DNA from: Mustelus asterias
Lineage: Eukaryota
DNA length: 64,000 nucleotides
NCBI RefSeq assembly: GCF_964213995.1
Contig: NC_135819.1
Location: forward strand, 50,096,001 to 50,160,000
Direction of reading: 5' to 3'
Shown: positions 11,481 to 23,203 of the stretch, piece after piece
Position numbering within the stretch: the stretch's first letter is position 1
How the letters are laid out: every line of letters begins with the position of its first letter
Made by a program: the position numbers and the translations under genes
The notes under the pieces: generated by a model
What the model was told of the DNA's origin: nothing
The model's input: only the letters and a program-made list of their open reading frames with translations
Database searches by the model: none

Positions 11481-11739
11481 AACAGAAGGTTTCACTGGAA
11501 TGACAGCAGTTATTGATTGGAATTCAGATAATAAAATATTCAATGACCTTACCAGTGTTTTGAAGCAACCATCAGTTATTTATGTGAAGGAAATAATACA
11601 ACACAACCGCAGGACCAATAAATGTGTGTGTTCTTTTCAGTGTTTTGCTTTTGACTAAGAAAAATGGGTTGCGACAGCGAAAGAAGCGAGTGTATGTTTT
11701 TCCGACTTGGAAGGGAATATGTGTCATGATGGGCCCTAC

Positions 11740-12100
11740 ATTCCATGGGGCCTCTTTTGCTTTCCATTCATATAAGCAATTTGGACATGAATACAAGAGG
11801 AATGATGTTGAAGTTTATTGATAAGATATCAAAAGACACAGCCAACTGGAAGGAAATATACAGTATAAGGGGAAGACATAAGCAGGTTAGTGAAGTGGGA
11901 AGAAAGATGCAGTCTAATGTGCCAAAATGTGAAACGGTACAATTTGGGGAAAAAATAGTAAAAGGACAAATATGTCCTGAATGGTAAGATTCTTAACAAA
12001 ATTAAGGAACAGAGAATCACCAAGCTGTATGTTTATTTGCTTTTAAGTATGAGAGTACAAGTAGGAATATCTCTAAAATGTAAGTGGAATTCTAGGTCAT
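11740..12100 (+). mobile_element. Old CR1 RT fragment
   Basis: GPLLLSIHISNLD...KF.D...QSNVPKCETVQFG, decayed CR1 RT motifs. Confidence 0.65.
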
Positions 12101-12416
12101 AGCATATTTATATTGAATATAAAATAGATATTAGCTAAACACAACTGAAAGCAGATTTTTCACCCACCATAGTGAAAAGATTGGGAGGGGAACGCTGTTA
12201 AGCTATCTTGGGAATACTTATCACTGTTTCCACTGTCCTTCTACCACTTTCCATTTTATCCATGAACTTTATCAGGCAGACGTTCCTCACTATATGTAAG
12301 AGGCCGTAGCCAGCACAGAGGATCTGGAAAACCAAGAATCACATTTCTGGATCTACCTGAGAAGCATTGTTCAGTAGGTTGCACTTCTCCAACCAAGTTG
12401 TTATTACAAGCATCTG

Positions 12417-12678
12417 AGTTTTAAGTTAATTTATTAGTGTCACAAGTAGGCTTACATTAACACTGCAATGAACACTCTGGCACCTATTTTGGTACACTGT
12501 GGGAGAATTTAGCATGGCCAATGTATCTAACCAGCACGCCTTTCAGACTGTGGGAGGAAACCGGTGCACCCGGAGGAAACTCACGCAGACATGGGGAGAT
12601 CACAGACAGTCATCAAAACTGGGAATTGAACCCAGGTCCTTGGTGCTGTGAGGTAGCAGTGCTAACCACTGTGCCACT
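12417..12678 (-). mobile_element. V-type SINE, tail B
   Basis: tttattagtgtcacaagtaggcttacattaacactgc plus V-core and head on the minus strand. Confidence 0.8.
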
Positions 12679-12879
12679 GTACTGCTCCCTAAATAGGCCT
12701 GCCCTCTCTGCGGAACATGATGCTATAACATACTGGACCAGGTGGCCACATCTTGCCAGTGGTTCCCAAAGTCACCATCCCCAGTTTCCAAACTGCCGCA
12801 GAGATATTTCCCACATCTCCCAGTCAGTAGTGCACAGATGCAGCAAGGTTACCGTTGTACTCGAGGCCATCCCGTACAT

Positions 12880-13020
12880 TGGCCAAAATTTTCCGTCCTC
12901 GCTTGCGGCTGGGATATTCCAGCGCTGCTGAAAGTGAATGGAGTTTTGGCTAGAATGCCAAATGTTCTATTCCCGCTCTCAATGGGTCCCACCATGGACG
13001 AGACTGGAGAATCCCACCCA
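12880..13020. mobile_element. Short MITE-like element (GGGCGG(G/A)ATTTT-type termini, probably Harbinger-related)
   Basis: tggccaaaattttcc...ggagaatcccaccca imperfect TIRs; similar units at 37848-37964, 40733-40861, 45581-45697, 62598-62724. Confidence 0.55.
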
Positions 13021-13834
13021 TTATATCCCCAAAGATTGCCAGAGTTCACAAGGGTTTGCAGTAGTGACTAGCCACTCTCAAATGCACAGTTATAGATTGT
13101 ACACATGTTGTCGTTGAGGTGCCAAAAGAGCAGCCGTCAACTTTCGGAAACTGGAAGGGCTCAATTAATGGCCAGAAGTCTCTGATTGCCAAAACAGGAT
13201 AATGCAATCATGTGCCAGGCTCTGGGTGACTGTTACTATTTTATCCTGTGGTATTTAACCATCTCCTGACTTGTCATGGCACTGCTCTGTACTCCCATGA
13301 AGCCTGAATAGCAGAGGAGGTATAATTACAGTCTTGCACCCATTGGAAGTGTAATTTCAGATGTGGGTGTGATGGGAAATGTTGTTGGAAAATTAGGCAG
13401 CCCATTGACCACCATGGCTGTTTCACAGGAGTCTTGTGGGGGGTCGGAGGTGGAGGGAGCGGGGGGGGGGGGAGGTGGAGGGGGGGGGGACGATGATGCT
13501 GGCTCTGTGTTTTCCCTGTGTGTCACAGAGAAGCATTCTTTCTTCTCCTCCTGGTGCTATAAGTAAAGTTGAAAAAGTTCTCTTTGATTCTCTTCTTGTA
13601 CAATTCTCCTCTTCCAGGAGATTGACCTGGCATGCAACGCACTTCAAATTTAATATTTTTCTTAGGAGGAAAAGTACCATTGAATTTTTCCGAGATTAAT
13701 CAGCTTCATTTCTTTCCTCCGAGGCACTGCTCCAGACACTTGATAAGTGTCACTTTTTGTGAATGTTAATTGAAACTGCTTTGAAAGTTTGCCATGCAAA
13801 CATTGTAATGAAGACTAAAGACAGCCCCACCTAT

Positions 13835-14173
13835 TAGAGTCATAGAATCCCTACTGCATTGATGAAGGCCATTCGGCCCATCGAGTCTGCACCCATCTCT
13901 CCAACAGAGTATCTTATCCAGGCTCAGCCCCCTGCCCTATCCCCGTAACCCTCTAACTTAGACATTTTGAGACGTTAAGGGGCAATTTAGCATGGCCAAA
14001 TCACCCAACCTGCACATCTTTAGATTGTGGGAGGAAACCAGAGCACTTGGAGGAAACTCACACAGACACGGGGAGAACGTGCAAACTCCACACCGACAGT
14101 CACCTGAGGCTGGAATTGAACCTGGATCCCTGGCATTGTGAGGCAGCAGTGCTAACCACTGTGCTACTGTGTC
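13835..14173 (-). mobile_element. HE1/V-type SINE
   Basis: Complete head, V-core and CR1-type tail on the minus strand. Confidence 0.85.
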
Positions 14174-15200
14174 ACTACTTCCGTTCTTTACTCGGATTAT
14201 AAGCACTGTACTTCAACTTCAGTCACTTAGAGAGAGGAAACTGGCAGAATGACAGGTTCTGGACAACTGAATCCATAAATAATCAGATTTGAAAGTAAGG
14301 TGTCCCGAGCTGAGAGTGGCCGTGTGTTTCTGGGCTTTTACTCTGATACCAGTAGTACATTTTCATGCCGTTAACTCTCTTATAATCTAATAGCTTCTAT
14401 ATATTTCATATATAGCACAGTGACCATTCCTGAATACCTGCTAGTTTAAAAAAAACATTAAGGTTAGAGACAGCCAACTGTTCACAATACATTCAATCGA
14501 CACTTTTGCCCATGATACAATTGTCACAGCAAAATGTCCTCTGGTATTTCATATGCACTATCACTGCTGGAGAGGCGATGAGAAGCTGATACACCAAGCG
14601 ATCAGATCAAGATCCTATAGTTCAGATTCTTCTTTAAAGTAGCTTGTGTTTGCTCTTACTGTGCCTGGGATTTGGGCTCTTCCACATTTGTAGCTATCTG
14701 TTCTTCACACGCTGCAAGAATAAACATAAGCTTGTCAATTTAGATAATATTGTTAGTCATGGATATCTCTCCCATAATGATATCCATAATAGTGATTCTA
14801 TATTACTCTCCGCTTTATCACAAATTAACTAGCTACACCTCCAAATGGCCTAGAACTTCTGGACCTTGTGAGATAATTACCAGCCAAAATCATCTTTAAA
14901 GTGTACATCCCAGGACTTCCTCTCCCACACCCAAAATTACTAAGAACCAAAGCCAAAAAGGAAAACATTCTTGAGCATTTCCATGCTTAATTTATATGAA
15001 ACTTCTGAGCAAGTTTAAGCACAGAGCCTCGGGCTGGAACATTACCACTGTTCATGCCCGTTGCAGTGAGCGGAGATTTGGCCGGGTGCCAAATTCTCTG
15101 ACCTTGCTGCAGCGGGAAAGAACATAGAACATAGAACAGTACAGCACAGAACAGGCCCTTTGGCCCACGATGTTGTGCCGAGCTTTATCTGAAACCAAGA

Positions 15201-18030
15201 TCAAGCTATCCCACTCCCTATCATCCTGGTGTGCTCCATGTGCCCATCCAATAACCGCTTAAAAGTTCCTAAAGTGTCTGACTCCACTATCACTGCAGGC
15301 AGTCCATTCCACACCCCAACCACTCTCTGCGTAAAGAACCTACCTCTGATATCCTTCCTGTATCTCCCACCACGAACCCTATAGTTATGCCCCCTTGTAA
15401 TACCTCCATCCACCCGAGGAAATAGTCTTTGAACGTTCAATCTATCTATCCCCTTCATCATTTTATAAACCTCTATTAAGTCTCCCCTCAGCCTCCTCCG
15501 CTCCAGAGAGAACAGCCCTAGCTCCCTCAACCTTTCCTCATAAGACCTACCCTCCAAACCAGGCATCCTGGTAAATCTCCTCTGCACTCTTTCCAGCGCT
15601 TCCACATCCTTCTTATAGTGAGGTGACCAGAACTGCACACAACATTCCAAATGTGGTCTCACCAAGGTCCTGTACAGTTGCAGTATAATCCCACGGCTCT
15701 TAAACTCCAACCCCCTGTTAATAAAAGCTAACACACTATAGGCCTTCTTCACAGCTCTATCCACTTGAGTGGCAACCTTTAGAGATCTGTGGATATGGAC
15801 CCCAAGATCTCTCTGTTCCTCCACAGTCTTCAGAACCCTACCTTTGACCCTGTAATCCACATTTAAATTAGTCTACCAAAATGAATCACCTCGCATTTAT
15901 CAGGGTTAAACTCCATTTGCAATTTTTCAGCCCAGCTTTGCATCCTATCTATGTCTCTTTGCAGCCTACAACAGCCCTCCACCTCATCCACTACTCCACC
16001 AATCTTGGTGTCATCAGCAAATTTACTGATCCACCCTTCAGCCCCCTCTTCTAAGTCATTAATAAAAATCACAAAGAGCAGAGGACCAAGCACCGATCCC
16101 TGTGGCACTCCGCTAGCAACCTGCCTCCAATCCGAAAATTTTCCATCCAACACCACCCTCTGTCTTCGATCAGATAGCCAGTTACCTATCCAATCGGCCA
16201 ACTTTCCCTCTATCCCACACCTCCTCACTTTCATCATAAGCCGACCATGGGGGACTTATCAAACGCCTTACTAAAATCCATGTATATGACATCAACTGCC
16301 CTACCTTCATCAACACACTTAGTTACCTCCTCAAAAAATTCAATCAAATTTGTGAGGCACGACTTGCCCTTCACGAATCCGTGCTGACTATCCCGGATTA
16401 ATTCGCATCTTTCTAAATGGTCGTAAATCCCATCCCTCAAGACCTTTTCCATCAATTTACCAACCACCGAAGTAAGACTAACCGGTCTATAATTACCAGG
16501 GTCAATTCTATTCCCTTTCTTAAACAGAGGAACAACATTCGCCATTCTCCAGTCCTCTGGCACCATCCCCGTGGACAGCGAGGACCCAAAGATCAAAGCC
16601 AAAGGCTCTACAATCTCATCCCTTGCCTCCCAAAGAATCCTAGGATATATTTCATCAGGCCCAGGGGACTTATCGACCTTCAGTTTATTCAAAACTGCCA
16701 GGCCATCCTCCCTCCGAACATCTATTTCCTCCAGCCTATTAGCCTGTAACATCTTCTCTTCCTCAAAAACGTGGCCCCTCTCCTTGGTGAACACTGAAGA
16801 AAAGTATTCATTCATCACCTTGCCTATCTCGACTGACTCCATACACAAGTTCCCACCACTGTCCTTGACCGGCCCTAACCTCACCCTGGTCATTCTTTTA
16901 TTCCTCACATAAGAGTAAAAAGCCTTGGGGGTTTTCCTTGATCCGACCCGCCAAGGACTTCTCATGTCCCCTCCTAGCTCTCCTAAGCCCCTTTTTCAGC
17001 TCGTTCCTTGCTAACTTGTAACCCTCAGTCGAGCCATCTGAACCTTGTTTCCTCATCCCTACATAAGCTTCCCTCTTCCTTTTCACAAGACATTCCACCT
17101 CTTTCGTGAACCATGGTTCCCTCACTCAGCCATTTCCTCCCTGCCTGACAGGGACATACCTATCAAGGACACCCAGTATTTGTTCCTTGAAAAAGTTCCA
17201 CTTTTCATTAGTGCCTTTCCCTGACAGTTTCTGTTCCCAACTTATGCCCCCTAATTTTTGCCTAATTGCATCATAATTACCTCTCCCCCAATTGTAAACC
17301 TTGCCCTGCCGTACGGCCCTATCCCTCTCCATTGCAATAACAAAAGACACCGAATTGTGGTCACTATCTCCAAAGTGCTCTCCCACAACCAAATCTAACA
17401 CTTGGCCCGGTTCATTTCCCAGTACCAAATCCAATGTGGCCTCACCTCTTGTCGGCCTATCCACATATTGTGCCAGGAAACCCTCCTGCAACACTGCACA
17501 AAAACTGCCCCATCCGAACTATTTGACCTACAAAGGTTCCAATCAATATTTGGAAAGTTAAAGTCCCCCATGACAACTACCCTGTGACCCCCACACATAT
17601 CCATAATCTGCTTAGCAATTTCTTCCTCCACATCTCTATTACTATTTGGGGGCCTATAGTAAACTCCTAACAACATGACCCCTCCTTTCCTATTTCTAAC
17701 CTCAGCCCATATTACCTCAGTGTGCAGATCCCCCTCGAAGTGCCTTTCCGCAGCCGTTAGACTATCCTTGATTAACAACGCCACTCCTCCACCTCTTTTA
17801 CCAGCTTCCCTACACTTACTGAAACATCTATACCCCGGAACGTCCAACAACCATTCCTGTCCTTGTTCTACCCACGTCTCCGAAATGGCCACAACATCGT
17901 AGTCGCAAGTACCAATCCACGCCCCAAGTTCATCTACCTTGTTCCGGATGCTCCTTGCATTGAAGTAGACACACTTCAACCCACCTTCCTGTCTACCGGT
18001 ACCCACCCTTGACCCGAATACCTTCCCCAA
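15201..18030 (-). pseudogene. CR1 ORF2 (APE endonuclease + reverse transcriptase), several frameshifts
   Basis: Consecutive ORF pieces 17395-18030, 17126-17494, 16898-17125, 16234-16965, 15863-16237 and 15201-15860 tile a CR1 ORF2. Confidence 0.93.
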
Positions 18031-18092
18031 TACCTCACCACCCTCAACACTGACTTCTGGACTACAACTCCTTTTCCCACTCCCCTGACAAA

Positions 18093-18863
18093 TTAGTTTA
18101 AACCTCCCTTAAGAGCCGTATCAAATTTCCCTCCCAGGATATTGGTGCCCCTCTGGTTCAGGTGCACCCCGTCCTGTTTGTACAGGTCCCACCTTCCCCA
18201 GAATGTGTTCCAATTATCCACGTATCTGAAACCCTCCCTCCTACACCATCCCTGCAACCACATGTTTAACTGCACTCTCTCCCTGTTCCTCAACTCACTA
18301 TCACGTGGCACTGGCAACGTACCAGAGATGACCACATGTTTTGTCTTGGCTCTCAGCTTCCAGCCCAGCTCCAGAAATTCCTGTTTTAAATCCCCGTCCC
18401 TTCTCTTACCTATGTTGTTGGTACCAATGTGTACCACGACTTGTGACTGTTTCCCCTCCCCCTTAAGAATCCAGAAAACACGGTCTGAGACGTCACGGAC
18501 CTTGGCATCCGGTAGGCAACATACCATCCGTGAGTCTCTTTTGCTGCCACAGAACCTCCTATCTATCCCGCTAACTAACGAGTCCCCAATAACTATTGCC
18601 CTCCCGCTCTGCCCCTTACCCTCCCGAGCCACAGAGACGGACACAGTGCTGGAGATCCTCTCACTGCGGCTCACCACTGGTATGTCGTCCCCCTCAACCG
18701 CATCCAAAGCGGAATACTTGTTGCTAAGGGGAACGACCAGAGGGGATCCCTGCACGGACTGCTTCCTCCCAGCCCCTCTCACCGTCACCCATCTGTTTTC
18801 ATTCCTCTGAGTAACTGTATCCCTAAAGCTTCTGTCTATGGCCACCTCTGCGTCCCTAATGAT
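18093..18863 (-). pseudogene. CR1 ORF1, SGNH/GDSL esterase domain (5'-truncated)
   Basis: VIGDSLV, VVVHIGTNN and DGVHLN blocks in ORF 18093..18989; the ORF part above 18863 is flanking DNA. Confidence 0.9.
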
Positions 18864-19020
18864 ATAAAAGTAGCATGAATAGCTGGTAAGATTGTGCCCA
18901 TAGTCTTTCTCTGAAGTAAATTTGAAAACAAAAATATACTCTATAACTCCAGTTGATGAGTTGCTAGATTGCTTTGAAATCTGTTCCATTTAGCAATGTT
19001 GTGGAGGTCAGATATGAGCA

Positions 19021-19123
19021 GATATCCACTCCATCTGACGAAGGAGCAGGGCACCGAAAGCAAATGGCATTTGCTACCAAATAAACCTGTTGGACTTTAA
19101 CCTGGTGTTGTTAAAACTCTTAC
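19021..19123 (+). mobile_element. Penelope-derived short repeat (family A), single arm with mutated hammerhead
   Basis: ccat-CTGACGA-A-GGAGC-agg-GCACC-GAAA-GC-AA-atgg followed by aaataaacctgttggactttaacctggtgttg. Confidence 0.8.
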
Positions 19124-19125
19124 CG

Positions 19126-20157
19126 CCATTTAGCATTGTCAATGTGAAGAGAGGACTTCATCTTCACAAGGACTGGTCGGTACTGCCAGTACCGATACTG
19201 TCATGGACAGATGTAGGTATGAGAGGTAGGTAATGAGGATGAGGTTAAGTATGATTTCCTCCTTGGTTCCCTCACCACAGATCCAGCAGCTATGACCTTT
19301 AGGACTTGACCAGCTCAGTCTGTGGTAGTACTACTGAGCTTCTCTTGGTGATGGACATTGAAGTCCCCCACCCAGATACATTCTGCATGCTTGCCACTCT
19401 CAGTGCTTCCTCCAAATGGAGGAGTACTGATTCATCAGCTGAGGCGGGTGGGTACATGGTCATCAGCAGGAGGCTTCCTTGCCTAGGTTGACCTCAATGC
19501 CATGACACTTTATGGGGTCCAGTATCGATTTTGGGCAATTTCCCTGGGCAATTTCTTCCCAACTGTATACCACTGTGCTGCCGCCACCTCTGCTGGGTCT
19601 GGTCTGCTGGTGGGACAGGAAAGGTGATGGTGGTGTCTGCGACATTATCTGTAAGGTATGATTCTGTGAGTATGACTATATCAGGCTGTTGCTTGGTTAG
19701 TCTGTGAAACAGCTCTCCCAATTTTGGCACAAACTCCCAGATGTTGGTAAGAAGGACTTTGCAGAGTCGACAAGGCTGGGTTTGCCATTGTTGTTCCCCG
19801 TGCCTCGGTCGATGCCGGGTGGTCAGTTCGGTTTTGCGTGGTTTGATACAACTGAATGGTTCACTCGGCTATTTCAGAGGACATTTAAGAGTCAACCACA
19901 TGCTGTGGACCTGGGGTCACTTATAGGCCAGATCAGATAAGGATGGCAGATTTTCTTCCCTAAAAGATATTAGAGAACCAGGTGGGTTTCTTTTTTTTAA
20001 CCACAATTGACAATTGTTTTCTGGTTATTGTTATTTGATTCCAGATTTTTTTTATTGAATTCAATTTCCACCACCTGCCGTGGTAGGAATTGAACTGGGC
20101 TTCCAGGGTCTTTGGATTACTAATGCAGCGACAATACACTTTATGCCACCCCCTCCC
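19126..20157 (-). mobile_element. LINE 5' portion: tRNA-like head, 5' UTR and APE endonuclease
   Basis: Minus strand begins gggaggggGTGGCATAAAGTG...cAGTTCAATTCC, continues with a body homologous to the SINE at 43886-44248, then NIWEFVPKLGELFHRLTKQQPDIVILTESYL. Confidence 0.75.
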
Positions 20158-20179
20158 ATTTTACATACTTCTAAATGCT

Positions 20180-20720
20180 CTTGGCAATCTGTTTTTATAT
20201 TCCTAGCTAATTTACTCTCGTGTTCTACTTACCTTTCAAGATCTTTTTTGATGGCTCTTTGCTGGTATTGTAATCAATTCCCAAACGCATTACTATTTGT
20301 CATAACATTATGAGCCTCTTCTTTTAATCTAATACTATCCTTAATTCCCTTAGTAAGCCACGCACGCAACTTCTTGCAAAGTTTTGTTCATTTTAATAGA
20401 ATGTGCTTTGAACTGTTTCTTTGAATGGTTTCCACTGTTTATTTACCGCGTTAACTTTTAGTCTATTTACTCAATCAACCTGAGCCAGCTCTCCCCTCCT
20501 TACTATGCAATTGGCTTTGATTTGTTTACGATTGGGGTATTTTGCTTTCATAATTAATATGGAATTGAATTATATTCTGACCACTATTTCCCAACAGATA
20601 TGTCACCATGAGATGAATAATTGACCCTGCCTCATTGCACAATGCTAAATGTAAAACAGCTTTTCACTAATTGGTTATATAATGCATTGTTTCCAGGAAA
20701 CTAGCATAAAACCTTTCTGT
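20180..20720 (-). mobile_element. Old CR1 ORF2 fragment
   Basis: Decayed endonuclease-to-linker sequence (SDHN/FQENF/PWLT-like) on the minus strand. Confidence 0.55.
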
Positions 20721-20869
20721 AAACTGGTATAAATATCGTACTTTCTTAGCTGCTCTGAGGAACTCTATATTCACTCCCAGATTCTATCAAAGATGAATTC
20801 TACCCTCGTGTTGTCACTGTTTTCCATTACCAATTGATTGGGTTCTCTCTCCTGCTTTTGTCTTCACTC

Positions 20870-21500
20870 GGCAAGCAGTTGCAACATGGTCTATCTGGGC
20901 AATTAAAGCACTTGGCATTTCTGTACTGGCATGCTTGTGCCATGCTGTTGCCATTACATTGCAAACAAGTCACTATCCTTCTATCACCCCAGCGTCCTTC
21001 TGACCAGGCGTCCCCACTTTAGGCTTTACAGAGGCCATCTGATTGTGGACAGAAGCTGTATTCGTCACTTGCACCAGGCAAACCTTCTGAGCATTCTTTA
21101 ATGTGATCTCCAAAGAAAAAGCAATCTTGCATACTTGCTCAACTGTAAGACTGTGTGTGTTCATTAACTTTGATTGGATTAGATTTGATTGGATGTCCAC
21201 CAATTCACACACAAATCTGTCTCATAATGCACACTCCAAAAATGTGCCAACATTTGCAATATAACGATAAATTCTTCAATGCCACAATGTACTCAGCTAC
21301 TTATATACTTCGACGCTGGAGGAAGGGGCACATTGCACTGCTTGTATCTCACCCAGCCTGAGAAAGGAAGAGCGGGCAGGACAGGCCCTTGAGAAGTTTA
21401 GCACGGGTAAGTTGGTATAAAGTGGCAATCTGTCACTGATTGGCACTTCGAGGAAGTTATGACTCATTAATTGTCTGTTTTCAGATGCCAAATTTGTAAC
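20870..21500 (-). mobile_element. Gypsy LTR-retrotransposon gag remnant with PBS-like site
   Basis: Minus strand: ...gttaca|aatttggcatc (LTR end and PBS-like), then IQSKL, LTVEQVCKIAFSLE and zinc knuckle CLQCNG...CQYRNAKCFNC...HVANC. Confidence 0.65.
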
Positions 21501-21782
21501 TTTTTGCTATTTTTGGTGACTTAGGGTTGGGTGGTTCCAACTTGTTGACGATTGTTTTGAATGGCAAATCTTTTGCTTTGTTAGAAGCAGGAAGATTAGC
21601 CTGTCATCACATACTGGGCCAAATTCTGTTTGCAAAATTGCTTTCTTGCAGTCAAGAATTGCCTTATTCTGAGTCGCGACCTTTTCATTTTCACCTACAA
21701 GTACTAAAATGAATTTGGCTCTTAAAAAAACATGTCAATTCTTTCAATATACAAACTGGCTCTCAAGCCTCTCATAATCACT

Positions 21783-22103
21783 GGCACGGTGGCACAGTGG
21801 TTAGCACTGCTGCCTCACAGCACCAGGGACCCGGGTTCGATTCCCGGCTTGGATCACTGTCTGTGTGGAGTTTGCACATTCTCCCCGTGTCTGCGTGGGT
21901 TTCCTCCGGGTGCTCCTGTTTTCTCCCACAATTCAAAGATGTGCAGGATCGATAGATTGACCATGCTAGAATTGCCCTTTAGTATCAGGGGAACTAGCTA
22001 GGGTAAATGCATGGGGTCATGGGGATAGGACCTGGGTGAGATTGTGGTCAGTGCAGACTCGATGGGCTGAATGGCCTCCTTCTGCATTGTTGGGATTCTA
22101 TGA
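21783..22103 (+). mobile_element. HE1/V-type SINE
   Basis: TGGCACAGTGG A-box, GGTTCGATTCC B-box, V-core, CR1-type tail. Confidence 0.9.
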
Positions 22104-22213
22104 TAATTTCCGAACTTTCCAATGTATCTCGTGCAGTCATATTATTCCATTTCCAAATTCAAGTGGCACAGTGAACATTTCTCTGCAGCTGTCCATAACA
22201 ACAGGGGCATATG

Positions 22214-22526
22214 CATAGAATTATAGAATCCCTACAGTGCAGAAGGAGGCCATTTGGCCCATGGAGCCTGCACCGACAACAATCCCATCCAGGCCTTATC
22301 CCCGTAACCCCAGGTATTAACCCTGTGAATTCCCCTGACACCAAGGGGCAATTTAGCATGGCCAATCCACCTAACCCGTGCATCTTTGGACTGTGAGAGG
22401 AAACCGGACCACCCACAGGAAACCCATGCAGACACGGGGAGAACATGCAAACTACACGCAGTCACCCAAGACTGAACATGGGTCTCTGGCGCCGTGAGGC
22501 AGCAGTGCTAACCACCGTGCCACCAT
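22214..22526 (-). mobile_element. HE1/V-type SINE
   Basis: Complete copy on the minus strand. Confidence 0.88.
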
Positions 22527-22895
22527 GTTAGCACACCAGAGAAGGGAGGCAGATGAAAACCAACGCAAGCGTTCGCATCAAAGCACCCCTGTAGTCAGTC
22601 CAGGCCAAACAAACTCACCCAAAACCAGTGCAATCAGTGGTGGAAAATGTCCAGGGATCTCAGCTCTGAGAGATCAGTGACGGGGCTTCGTTGGCTATGC
22701 AACGTCATGTGGGAGCGTGGCTGTGTGATGGCGGGAATGGTGATGACCACACAGTTCGGTTCAAACTTCCACTATCTGGGTGCCCAGGTCACCAGTAGCC
22801 AGCTGGTCCTGTACACTGTGGTCCCTGATGCAATTCACTATAAGCATTTGTGGATTTTTTACCCATTCATGTGAACCTTGTCCCCGATTTTATTA

Positions 22896-23203
22896 CATAG
22901 AATCATAGAACCCTACAGTGCAGAAGGAGGCCATTCAGCCCATCGAGTCTGCACCGACCATAATCCGACCCAGGCCCTACCCCCATAAACCCATACATTT
23001 ACTCCAGCTAGTCCTAGGGTCAATTTAGCATGGTCAATCCACCTAACTCGCATATCTTTGGACTGTGGGAGGAAACCAGAGCACCCGGAGGAAACCCAAG
23101 CAGACACGGAGAGAACATGCAAACTCTAGAGATGGTGACCCGAGCTGGGAAGCGAACCCGGGTCCCTAGCGCTGTGAGGCAGCAGTGCTAACCACTGTGC
23201 CAC
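22896..23203 (-). mobile_element. HE1/V-type SINE
   Basis: Complete copy on the minus strand. Confidence 0.88.

Larger units (their letters stand above)
15120..18863 (-). mobile_element. CR1 (HER1-like) LINE, near full length, 5'-truncated within ORF1, frameshifted ORF2
   Basis: ORF1 SGNH esterase, APE endonuclease (YFNARSIRNK, AISETW, VMGDFNFP, SDHN), RT ([21 protein letters not shown]), tail (ttctatg)n; inserted into a MITE split into 15030-15119 and 18864-18900. Confidence 0.95.

Noticed and set aside
18142-18810. 222-aa plus-strand ORF and other antisense ORFs over CR1
   Set aside because: Antisense shadows of CR1 coding sequence
21783-21850. tRNA-like A/B boxes (also in the other SINE heads)
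   Set aside because: SINE heads without a complete cloverleaf; not tRNA genes
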